Below, piece after piece: positions 23,401 through 33,700 of a stretch of 64,000 nucleotides of DNA. Source of the stretch: Rebecca billardiae RCC1528 (taxonomy: Eukaryota > Protista > Haptophyta). The stretch covers positions 1,736,001-1,800,000 of the forward strand of contig OZ251231.1 of NCBI GenBank assembly GCA_965240325.2. The letters are read 5' to 3'. Position 1 is the stretch's first letter. Each line of letters begins with the position of its first letter. Both the position numbers and the translations under genes were made by a program. The notes beneath the pieces were generated by a model. It was given only the letters and a program-made list of their open reading frames with translations. It had not been told where the DNA came from and made no database searches.

Positions 23401-24813
23401 CAGCCCGTTCGAGTCCGAGCCGCCCGCGCGCGGGTAGCTGAGCAGCAGCTTGTTCGAGTTGGAGGTGTACGCGATGTACAGCTCGGTGGCGTAGCTCGCG
23501 ATGTCCACGACAAACTCGCTCTGCGCCGCGGCCACCCGGAGCCAGAAGGACAGCGTCCAGGTGAAGTGCGAGGCGTTGGTCGGCAGCGCGGCGCGCGGGT
23601 AGGCGAGCCGCGTCTTCGGCTCGCCCTGCGTCCACACGCCGTACCCGCCCAGCTTGCCCGGCGCGGCGAACGCCAGCGACGTCTCCTCCGTCGCGTTGGC
23701 CGCGCCCACGCCGTCGAGCGCGTCGCCGTTCAGCGGGTAGTGGTGGAGCAGCGAGGGCTCTGCGCGCACGGCGGCGGGCGGAGCGCAGCGGCGCGCGGGG
23801 CGGCGGCGCGGTGGCTCAGCGCGCGGCGTGCGCGGCCGTGCGTACGCGCGCTCAGCCACGGCGCGTGGCCGGCCACGTGCGCGCGCAACTGAGACGTGCT
23901 GGGCGCTCGCGCCGGGTGCGCGCCGCGGCTGTCCGGCGCACCTCGGCACGAAGGCGGCGGTGGCGGCGGTGGCGGCGTGGGCAGCGGGTTGCCCGCCGCA
24001 TCCAGCCCCACGCTCGCGTTCGCGATCCGCCCCGCGAGCTCCCCCGCCGAGAGCGCGACGTCGTCCACTGCGATGTCGTCGATCCCGCCATGGTCGAGCG
24101 TCCCCATGCCAAACGCGCCCGTGCCCGTGTACTCGCCGAAGACGAGCTCGGAGCCGCCCGCGCCCACCTGCAGCGCGACCGTGCGCTCGTGGTCCAGCGC
24201 GCCGTCCACGTAGCTGCGGAACGTCGCGCCGTCGTACGCGAAGGCGACGTGCGCCCACGTGTCGCGCGCGAGCGGCAGCCCGTTCGAGTCCGAGCCGCCC
24301 GCGCGCGGGTAGCTGAGCAGCAGCTTGTTCGAGTTGGAGGTGTACGCGATGTACAGCTCGGTGGCGTAGCTCGCGATGTCCACGACAAACTCGCTCTGCG
24401 CCGCGGCCACCCGGAGCCAGAAGGTCAGCGTCCAGGTGAAGTGCGAGGCGTTGGTCGGCAGCGCGGCGCGCGGGTAGGCCAGCCGCGTCTTGGGCGTCGA
24501 CTGTGTCCACAGCCCGTACCCGCCGATCAGTCCACCCGGGGCGGTGAGATTGAGCGCAGTCTCATCGGTCGCGTTGGCGTTGCCAATGCTGTCGTCCGTG
24601 TCGCCGTTCAGCGTGAAGTGGTGGATGAGCGAGCTCGCCTCTGCGCGCGCGTCGCGGCCGCGCAAGCCGCACGCCGGTGAGCAGGCGGATGCGCGCGCAC
24701 GGCGTGGCGCGGCGCGACGCGGCGCGCGCACGTTCGGTCACAGTGAACGCCGTGGCCAGGAGGAGCGCTGCGATGTGGGCAACTCGCCGCGTGCGCAGCC
24801 GGCCGGTGGCCAT
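14443..24813 (-). CDS. Giant type-I membrane surface protein (~3365 aa): signal peptide, 4 LamG/ConA-like domains, SPPP stalk, 23+1 GCT(D/N)..A.N(Y/F)...DDGSC repeats, SEA-like domain, TM; exons 24813-24732, 24640-23942, 23759-14443
   Basis: Signal MATGRLRTRRVAHIAALLLATAFTVTE; two phase-1 GT-AG introns link the three ORFs; LamG motifs (TWAHVAFAYDGATFRSYVDG, FRGRVDDVCLFARAISAAEI); Cys repeats; DACGVCEGDG motif; TM AVIATFIILWHCALLGVCAFFV. Confidence 0.85.
15775..17613 (-). repeat. 23 tandem ~26-aa GCT(D/N)xxAxN(Y/F)xxxAxxDDGSC repeats
   Basis: Counted in the translation: 11 before and 12 after an RRRL-Gly-rich linker. Confidence 0.9.
17625..21530 (-). repeat. Coding Ser-Pro3/4 (extensin-like) tandem repeat
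   Basis: (SPPP)n/(SPPPP)n over about 1300 codons; appears as GGC/GGT-rich repeats on +. Confidence 0.95.
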
Positions 24814-25050
24814 TGCTGCAGCGCTGCACACATCCGGCGTTTGAGCCGCGCCGGCGCAGATATTGGGCGCAAGCCAGTTTCGTCGGGCGGCGCAACCGCA
24901 CAGTCCGGGAGCACCGCGCCCGCCTGATTGCGGTCCGGGTACGCCGGACGCATCTGCTGCCTCCGGCCCGCACTGCAGCTTGCGTCGGGGCAGGCCGGGG
25001 AGCCCAGCTCGGCCCGACGAGAGGTGTCGCCGAAGTGCAATCGTGGCACC

Positions 25051-26165
25051 ATGCTGGCAGCGTTCGCGTCGCTGAGCGTGCTCGCTGCGACGGCGTCGAG
25101 CGCGTGCGATGTGACTGAGCTGGCAAAGTGCGCGCGCACGCACCAGAAGCCGTACCTCGCGCCCGACTTCCCGCTGCGGGCCAGCGCGGACCAGAGCGGC
25201 GACTACTGCGAGTGGGCCTCGAAGCTCTACGGATGCATTAAGGATGCCGGCTGCATGGAGCCGCACCTGGAGAAGGAGTGCGCGCGCGCGTTCGAGCTGG
25301 CGGGGTGTGACGGCGCCGACGTGTGCAAGCAGGGCCACCGCGCCCTCGCCGACATTGAGAAGAGGAAGCCGGAGCCCGCCCCCGCGAACGCGCCGGCGTC
25401 CGCGCCGGCTCCGGTCGAGCCGGAGCCGACGCCGGCGCCAGCCGCTGACGCCGACGCCGCCGCCGCCGACGCCGAGGGCGAGGCGACCGATGCGGAGCCT
25501 GACGCGTTCGACTACGAGAAGTACCCGCCGCACGCCCCCTTCTTCGGCTTCATGGGCGCCGCTGGCGCGCTCGTCTTTGCCAACCTGGGCGCCGCGTACG
25601 GCACCGCAAAGAGCGGCCGCGGCATCTCGACGATGGGCGTGCTCTACCCCAACCTCGTGATGAAGCACATCATCCCCGTCGTGATGGCGGGCGTGCTTGG
25701 CATCTACGGCCTCATCATCGCCGTCATCATCGGCAACGGCGTCACCGGCTTCAAAAACAACGAACCTGTCTACACGGGTGAGTGCACACGCCATGCCGAC
25801 CGCGGCGCGCGCCTGCCTGGTTTGGCTGCGCGCACGCGCCGGCCGCGCGCCGCGCTGTGCCCCTTGCGCGGATGGTGCGCCACCCGTGCCAGCGCCCGTG
25901 GGCGTTCTCCGCGCTGACCCGCTCCGACGCGCCGCGCCCGGCCTCGTGCGCAGCGTTCAAGGGCTTCGCCCACCTCGGCGGCGGTCTCGCGTGCGGCCTG
26001 AGCGGGCTTGCGGCCGGCCTGGCGATCGGCATCGTCGGCGACTACGGCGTGCGCTCGGCGGCCGAGCAGCCAAAGCTGTACGTCGGCATGGTGCTCGTGC
26101 TCATCTTCTCGGAGGCGCTTGGGCTGTACGGACTCATCGTCGGATTGATCCTCACGAGCAAGTAG
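25051..26165 (+). CDS. ATP6V0C: V-type H+-ATPase proteolipid subunit c with N-terminal signal peptide and Cys-rich extension (~312 aa); exons 25051-25777 and 25954-26165
   Basis: [28 protein letters not shown]...[24 protein letters not shown]...[66 protein letters not shown], with the essential Glu kept. The phase-1 GTGAG..CGCAG intron joins the frames; Kozak-like GCACCATG at 25051. Confidence 0.92.
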
Positions 26166-26921
26166 GTGTTGTCTCGCCGGCGGCCGCGGGGAGTGGCCGA
26201 CTCGTCTGTGGAGCGTGACGGAGCGGATGCATGGGGGAGTGCGAGCACGGCGACCAAGACCGCTGCTGCTGATCGCGCGAGCCGCGGTCGGCGCACGGCG
26301 GTGCCGACGCGTGGGCCACCGCTGATGCCGACGGCACTTCGCCGGCAGCGGGCCGTCGACGTTGGGGAGGGCAGCGGCCTGCCCGGCCTGGTGTGCCGGG
26401 CAGCGCCGCGTGCGGACCTGTTGTCGACCCAGACGCGGATGTGATGTCGATCGACGACGGTGGGCGCGGCGCGCCACGACGAGCGCCTCCGCGCGGCATC
26501 TCGTGTTGGCAGTCGACCGTTCAGATGGTACATACATGGTACACACATGCTGTTAGATGTGGATCTGGGACGTGGTCGGGTTGACGCCCGGCGGCGTGTT
26601 ATCGCCGCAGTCTCCTGAGCCCGTACCCTGAGCGGAACGTCGCGGGATAGAGTTGCTACTAGTAGTAAGTGCAATCATCATGGCGGGCCTGTCATTCATC
26701 ACGTCCACCTTCAACCTGCGCTGTGCCGTGGGAATCCAGTCGAACGGTGCCGCTTGATGAAGCTCGCGGCACGTGTGCGAAACCCAAATTGTCACCGGAT
26801 CCGCCGGACCACCACAGAAAACCAGAAACGGCCGGCGCCGGCAAAAAGCCCAGGCGTCATGGCCTTTCGCGTCGCCCGCATGGCGGCGACTGCCTGATAG
26901 GCTTGACAGGTGCAAGTGTAA

Positions 26922-27740
26922 ATGGACATGGACAGTCGCCCGCCCTCGCGGGAGGTCCAAGGCTATCTCGAGCGCCTAACGATCGCAAACGAGGCCAAGT
27001 CTATCCCATGCTATTCTGGCCGCTCGTACGGGATCGCCGAAGCCTCGCAGTACGCACAGCGACCCCGCGATGTGCGCAGCCTCTCCATCCACGTGCCTGG
27101 AGAGCGCCAGCTCTACGGCCTGCAGTATGGCGCCATGCTCGCCGAGGCAGCGCACCAAGCCACCGTGGACGGCACGCCCGAGGCGCTCAAGTGGCCGACG
27201 CCGCGCGGCACGCGAGCCCGCGACCTGGAGGGCTACACAGGGCATGTGCCGCGCATGGCCGGTGCTATTGGCCTCACGACCGCCGAGCGCGTCCGTGCCT
27301 CCGACCGGCTGCTGGCCGAGCACTACCAGTCGCACCCAGAAGAGCGCCCTCGCGAAGAGCCCGCCTCGCAACCACATGCCGGCTTTCCCGTGCGCGTGCC
27401 GCCTGCGCGCGGGCTGGCAGCAGACCGTGAGGCGATGGTGCGCGCTCAGCGCGCGCGCGCCGAGTCAGAGGCAGCTCGTCAGCGGCTTGCGACGCCGGTT
27501 GTCGTCAGCCGCCCACCGAGTTCGGTGGAGCGCAAGGCGCCAAACGGGCAGCCGGGCGGCAGCTGGGCAGCTGCGACCGCTTCGGCTCCACAGATCCTGG
27601 CGCACACTTCCACTCGTCTTCACTTTGACAGCGACTCTCACGGCCTGGCTGGACCGCGCGTCGTTGAGCGCACTGTGCTGGTGTCCTCCCGCGGGTTATT
27701 CTTGCCGACGTCGACGTCGGGGGCGGCCGCGATGAAATGA
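26922..27740 (+). CDS. Hypothetical protein with GYTGHVP motif, FAM166/ciliary microtubule-inner-protein-like
   Basis: Coding-like codon usage; SIPCYSG and EGYTGHVPRMAGAIGLT resemble the (P)GY(T/S)G(H/Y)(V/I)P motif. 5' end uncertain. Confidence 0.55.
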   Translation: MDMDSRPPSREVQGYLERLTIANEAKSIPCYSGRSYGIAEASQYAQRPRDVRSLSIHVPGERQLYGLQYGAMLAEAAHQATVDGTPEALKWPTPRGTRARDLEGYTGHVPRMAGAIGLTTAERVRASDRLLAEHYQSHPEERPREEPASQPHAGFPVRVPPARGLAADREAMVRAQRARAESEAARQRLATPVVVSRPPSSVERKAPNGQPGGSWAAATASAPQILAHTSTRLHFDSDSHGLAGPRVVERTVLVSSRGLFLPTSTSGAAAMK

Positions 27741-28417
27741 CGACGCGATGTTACCGTATCGTGCGAATCGGCGCGCTGCAGCTTTCGACGACTACTCGAC
27801 CTCGTGAGTGTGACTGAGCAGACAGTCTGATGCGAGTCTGCGCGGGGCCAGTACTGAGAGTACGATGAATATAATATATTATTGGCCGCGGGCGCGGCGC
27901 CGCCGCGCCGGTGCCCGGTCACGGGTCAGCCCGGGCCGCTCGAATCTGTCTATATATATATACTCTGCGGATTCTGACGAAAGTCATTACAAACTACAAT
28001 GACGAGTTACTTATGAGCCTCACGTCTGAGTACCGCCGTGGAGATCGACGACGCCAGTGCCCGGCCGAATAATCATCACACGAACGTAGCTTACGTGATG
28101 GCGATGATGATCATGATGCGGGCCGGGATGGCAGCACGATCCGAACAGTCAATTCTGACAGACTATGATGCAAAGTGCTACGGTAGCAGCGTGATGGGAG
28201 CTTCGCGTCCCTGACGCTTCGGCCAGCCGCAGCCTTGTACCCTCCGCCGCACGACTCACGCGTCGCCAGCCGTACGCCATCGCTCCGGTTCTCTCCCCCC
28301 CCCCCCCCGGGGGGGGGGGATAGGGGGGCGCCTGCCAGCAGGCAGCATCGGGGGGGCCCGCGGCCGCAGCTTCGCTGCAGGCGGGCGTCTCCGCGGCAGC
28401 CTTGCGGCGGGCAGCCT

Positions 28418-30414
28418 TTACGCGCTGCCATCCTCCGAGCGCGGCCTCTTGAGCGAGTCCATGTAGTTGTGCGCGACCGTCGAGCCGATCACCTTGCGCT
28501 GCTTCCGCCAGTTCTTGGCCGTCTTCGAGATCTTGGCATCCATGGCCTGCAGGCGAGCGGGGCGGGCAGCAGGCGGCGGCGGCGCGCGTGAGCACGTGTG
28601 CGCCGCGCCCCAATGAGCGCACGCGTGCCCCGGGGAGCGACCGAGCGAGCGCGGCGCGGGCCTCGCACGCGCGAGGGCGCACCTTGCGGTACTCCTCCAT
28701 CGACATGCTCTCCATCCCGGGCACGTGGTACTGCGACGCGAAGCCCCGCAGCTCCTCTTTGCCCGAGGGCGGCTTCTTGTCGTACGGCAGACCCGGGACG
28801 GGCGGCCGCGTGGCCGCGGCGCCGCCTTCGCCGCGCACCGCGTCCCGCATCGCTGACACACCCTTCCCAAGCAGTTCGTCCGCGGACTTGCCTTCGAAGG
28901 CCAGCCGCTCGGGCTCGACGTCCTCGGGGTCGATGCCCCCGAACACGGTCGACTGCGCTGCCACCGGCTGCGGTGCCGCCGCAGGCGCCGCCGCCGGCAC
29001 GGCGGCGGGTGCTGCGCCGGGCGGCGCGACCGGCGCGCCGACCGCCGCGGCCGAGGGCACGGGCGGCGCGGCAGGCCGCGGCACGGATGGCGGCGACGGC
29101 GACGGGGGCAGCTCCACTCGGCGCGGGACGTATGGAGGCGCGCCGAGCTGCGCGCGCACGGCGTCGATCGCGCCGTTCAGCCTGCGTCCGCGTCATCCAC
29201 CCGCGCGAGCAGCGCGCGAGCAGCGTGCGCACGCCACGGCGCAGGGAGGCAGCATGGGCGGCCGAGGGGTGAGCGGGGTGGTGGGTGGTCTGGGGTGGGC
29301 CCAGAGTGCGCACGGCGGCGGGTACGAGCGCGGGTATATCGCGCGCGCACGCGCGCGCACGAGCGCGGGAGAGGGGGGCGGGCGCGCACCCTGCCGCCGC
29401 AGCGCCGGATGGCCGAGCGCCGAACGGCTGCCGCAGCCAAGCCAGCAGCTCAGCCTCAGCGGCGGCTGCCGCCGCCGCCTGGCTCCCGCCGGCCGCGGGC
29501 GCCGCGGGCGCCGCGGCGGGTGCAGCCGGCGCCACGGCAGCGGCCACGGGCGCGGGCGCCGCGGGCTGCGAGATCGCCACCGGCGGCGGCGGCACCGCGG
29601 GCGCGGCGGGCGGAGGCATCTGCACTGGCGGCGGCGGCGGCGGCGGCGGCGCGAGCGCGACCGGCGGAGGCGGCGGCGGCGCGACGGGCTGCTGTGCGGG
29701 CGGCGGCGGAGGGAGCGGCGTCGGCACCGCCTTTCGCGGCGGCGTGGCCGAGGGTACCGGCCCGCCGTAGAACGGCTTGTGCCCCGGGGGCGGCTCGAGC
29801 ACGCGCTCCTCCTCGGGCGTGCCGCCCGTGCGGCGCGTCTCCATCCAGACGTCGAACGCGTCGCCGCCCTCCTCCTGCAACCGCTGCGCGGCCGGCGGCA
29901 GCTCGTACCCGCGGTCGGAGCCGCCGACCAGGCGCTCGGAGAAGGGCACGTGCCCCGGCGGCGGGACGAGTGGCTTGTCGTCGACCTCGGGCTTGCGCCG
30001 CAGGCTCTCCATCCACGCGTCCATCGCCTGGTCGCCGCGCAGCACCACCTCCTCTCCGTTCACCACCTTCTTCTGCCGCCACGAGTTGCCAGAAAAGGGC
30101 GAGGCGGGCGCGGCGGTGTCGGTGGCGCCCCGCTCGGCGAAGGGCACGTGGCCCGGGGGCGGGGTGAGCGCCTTCTCCTCCGCGGGCGTGCCCCCCGTCT
30201 TCAGCTGGTCGAGGTAGCTCGGGCCGCTGTCGCTGTCGTCAAAGTCGAGGTCCGGCACCCCCGCACGCGCGACGATCGTCCGAGCGGCGGCGGCGGGCAG
30301 GTGCGAGCGAGCGTGCGCGCGCGGCCCACGCGCGCACATCGGCGCGGCCGGCGGCGCGGTGGCGGCCCACGCGAGCGCCGCGTGCACCGACAGGCTGATG
30401 GCGAGGCCACCCAT
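28418..30414 (-). CDS. Putative plastid-targeted, disordered repeat protein (~550 aa); exons 30414-29390, 29181-28683, 28546-28418
   Basis: Signal peptide plus Arg/Ala-rich transit-like segment; three PPPGH(V/K)PF repeats; two phase-compatible GT-AG introns give the C-terminus VPGMESMSMEEYRKAMDAKI...HNYMDSLKR. Confidence 0.72.
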
Positions 30415-30724
30415 GGTCCAGACGTGGGACGCGCCCGCCCTGCCGGTCGATCACCCGATCAAGCGGCCCAAGCCACGCGCCGCCCGCGGCTCTTGGCTGT
30501 CTTGGGTCTGGAGATCTCGGCCGTCCGGCCGGAAACCGTACAATAGCGGAAGCAAAGGCGCGGATTATTAGAAGATCTCGGGCATCGAGATTTTCAATTT
30601 TCGCGGGGCTTCGGGCAGCCATCGTGCTCGGTGACCAACGACAACACAAGTCAGCCGGTTTGAGCTTTGGGCAACTTGGGCGCCGGCCTGGGCAGCTCCA
30701 CTTACTCGCTGCTCGGCCGCGCCG

Positions 30725-33700
30725 ATGGGGATCGGCGACGGCTTCCGCTTCCAGGAGCGGCGCGGGCGACTGGACTGGCGGCGGCTCGCCAAGCTCGACG
30801 TCGAGCGCATCGCGCGCGAGACCGACATCGACGCCCTCGAGAGCTGCATCGAGACGATCACGTACTCGGCGGTCGGCGCGGACGACCTCGACTACTTCAC
30901 GGACGAGCACTTCGTCCGGCTGTTCCGCACGTCGCAGCTGCTGATCGAGTACCTGCTGCACGTGCAGAACGAGCTGTACGCGCGCAACGCGCAGCTCGAG
31001 GACGCGCTCGCGCGCGCCGAGGCGGACGCGGCCACGGCGACCGACGCGCTCGGCCGTCAGGAGGAGAGCGGTCGGTCGGTGCGGCGCGAGCTGAAGCGGT
31101 GCAAGCGCACGCTCGCGGCGTACGAGCTCGCCATCGCGCGCAACCCGTTCGCCGCCTCCGCGCTCACCGACATCCAGAAGCAGCAGCTCACCGCCGGCTC
31201 GGGCAGGCACGAGTGCGCCGTCTGCCACAAGCTGTTTTTGTCCGACGAGTTTTTGAGCGCGCACATCGAGCGGCGGCACGCGCGCGAGGCGGCGCTGGTC
31301 CTGGCGGACGGCGGCGAGGCGGAGGCGGGCGGCGCGGGCGGCTCGGCCGAGCTGCTCGGCTCGCTCACCGACGTGGAGCGCGTCGAGGAGCGGCTGCGCG
31401 TGCGGCTGCAGGCCGAGGGCGAGTCGGTGCGCGCGCGCGGCGAGGCCGACCTCAAGGCTCTCGAGGAGTCGCTGAGCGTGCGCTTCAAGGCGCGGCTCGA
31501 GGCGGAGACGGAGCAGATCGAGTCGCTCAAGGCGGCGCACGCGTCCGAGCTCGACGCGCTCCGCGCCGAGCACGCCGCGCTCGAGGCCGACCGCGCCGAG
31601 ATGCGCGCCGAGATCGAGCGGCTGCAGCACTCTGTCAGTCGGAGTCTGGCGGAGGGCGGACACGGCGGGCGGACGGGCCGGGAGGGCGGCGAGGGGCGGG
31701 GCCGCGGCGCGAGGGTGGCGCTCGGCGAGCTCGAGGACGACGCGGACGCCGCGTCCTCGCCGCCGCCGACCCGCCCGCCCGCGGTCGCCCCGCCGGCGGG
31801 CGGCGCGGGCGGCGCGGGCGGCGCGGGCGGCTCTCAAGTGCCGCTGCTGCTGCTGCAGACGCAGAAGCTGCAGGCGCTGATCGATGAGGAGCGCCAGAGC
31901 CGCGCGCTGCTGGAGGAGAAGCTGCACCGCCTCGAGATGCGCGACGGCGCCGCGGACGCCGCCGCCGCGGAGCGCACGGCGCTCGCGGCCGAGCTCGCGC
32001 AGGCGCAGAGCGTGGCGCTGCGCGAGATGCTCTCCCAGCAGCGCATGCTCCGAGGCGAGCTGGATGCGCTGTCAGCGCAGCCGCTGTCGGCGCCGCCGCC
32101 GCCGCCGCCGCGCGAGCCCGCCCGCCCGCCCGTGCGCCACGCGCAGGCCGTGCCCGCCGCGCAGGCCGCCGCACACGAGCGCCCGGCGGCGGGCGCGCAC
32201 GGCCGCCCCGCGCCGGAGCAGCCGACGGCGCAGCCCGCGCCGGCGCTGGGCGAGGTGAAGCAGCGGCCGGACGCGGTGGCGCCCTCCGCGAGCCGCCCGC
32301 CCGCGCGGCACGAGCCTGCCCTGCCAGACCGCGCGACGCCGCCGCCGCCGCCGCCGCCCGGCAAGCCGCCGTCCGCTGCCGCGACGCCGCCGCCACCGCC
32401 GCCGCCGCAGCAGCAGCAGCCGCCGCCGCCGCCGCCGCCGCCGGGCAAGCCAGGGGCGGCGGCGACGCCACCGCCTCAGCAGCAGCCGCCGCCGCCGCCG
32501 CCGCCGGGCAAGCCGCCCCCTGCGTCCGCCGCGCCGCAGCCTTACCAGCCCGCGGCCGCGCCGCCGCCTCCGCCGCTGTCGGCTGCGAGCTCGGAGCCCG
32601 CGCCCCAGGCAGCGCGCGTGGCTGAGTCCGCGCCGCCGCAGCAGGCGGCCGCCGCACCGCCCGCGCCGCCGCAGCGGGTGGCGGCCGCGCCGCCCGCGCC
32701 GCCGCAGCAGGCGGCCGCTGCGCCGCCCACGCCGCCGCAGCGGGCGGCCGCCGCGCCGCCCAGTCCGCCGCAGCGGGCGGCCGCGTCGGCGCCACCGCTC
32801 AAGCAGACAGCGCTGCAGCCGCACTCCTCCGTGCAGGCGGGCTCGGTCGCCGAGCTCGCGCGCGCCGCGCCGCCCGACGCCGCCGGCGGGAGCACTGCCG
32901 CGCCCAGTGCGGAGGCAGATGCCGCGCGCACCGCCGCGCCCGCGCGCGCGCCCGCGTCAAGCGCGCGGCCCTCGGAGCCGCGCGCGCCGCCGAGCGCGCC
33001 GCCGAGCGCGCCGCTGGCGCCGCTGGCGTCGGCGCCGGCGCGCGCGCCCGCGGCCGCTCAGGCGCTGCGCCCGCACCACTCCGTGCAGGCGGGATCGATC
33101 GCGGAGCTCGCGCAGGCGGCGGGCGCGCGCGACGCCGCGCGCCCGCCCGCGCAGTCGCACGAGGCCGCGCCGCCGCCGCCGCCCGCTGCCTCGGACGGCG
33201 CGGGTGCGAGCGCGGCGCACACTGCGTCGACGTCGCGCGCGCCCTCGCGCGCGAGCGAGCAGGGCGCGCGCGCCGACGCGGAGGGCGCGCGCGGCGCGAG
33301 CGACTTTGGCTCGGCGCTCAGCTCGCGTGCGGCCTCGGTCGACGGCGGCGCCGCGCACGCCGCCGCCGAGCCGAGTGCCGCGCCCACCGACGCAGTGCCG
33401 GCGGGCGGCGCGCCGTCCGCGCCCGCGCGCCGCGCGCCGCTGCGCGCGTCGGAGCTCCAACTGTGGCGCCACTTCGACCACTCGAACGCCGAGCTCGAGG
33501 TGCGCGCGCCGGGGCGGCGCCGCTCGCCGCGGACGGCGGGTGCAGCCGCGCGCCGCGCACCGCCGTCCTCCGCCCAGCGCCGCGCGCGCACGCGCCCACC
33601 GCGCGTCGTGAGCTCACGGCGTCCCTCGGCATGCGCGCTCCGCACGCGCGCCGCGGCCGCACGCGCGCCGCGGCCGTGATGCGCGCTCCGCACGCGCGCC

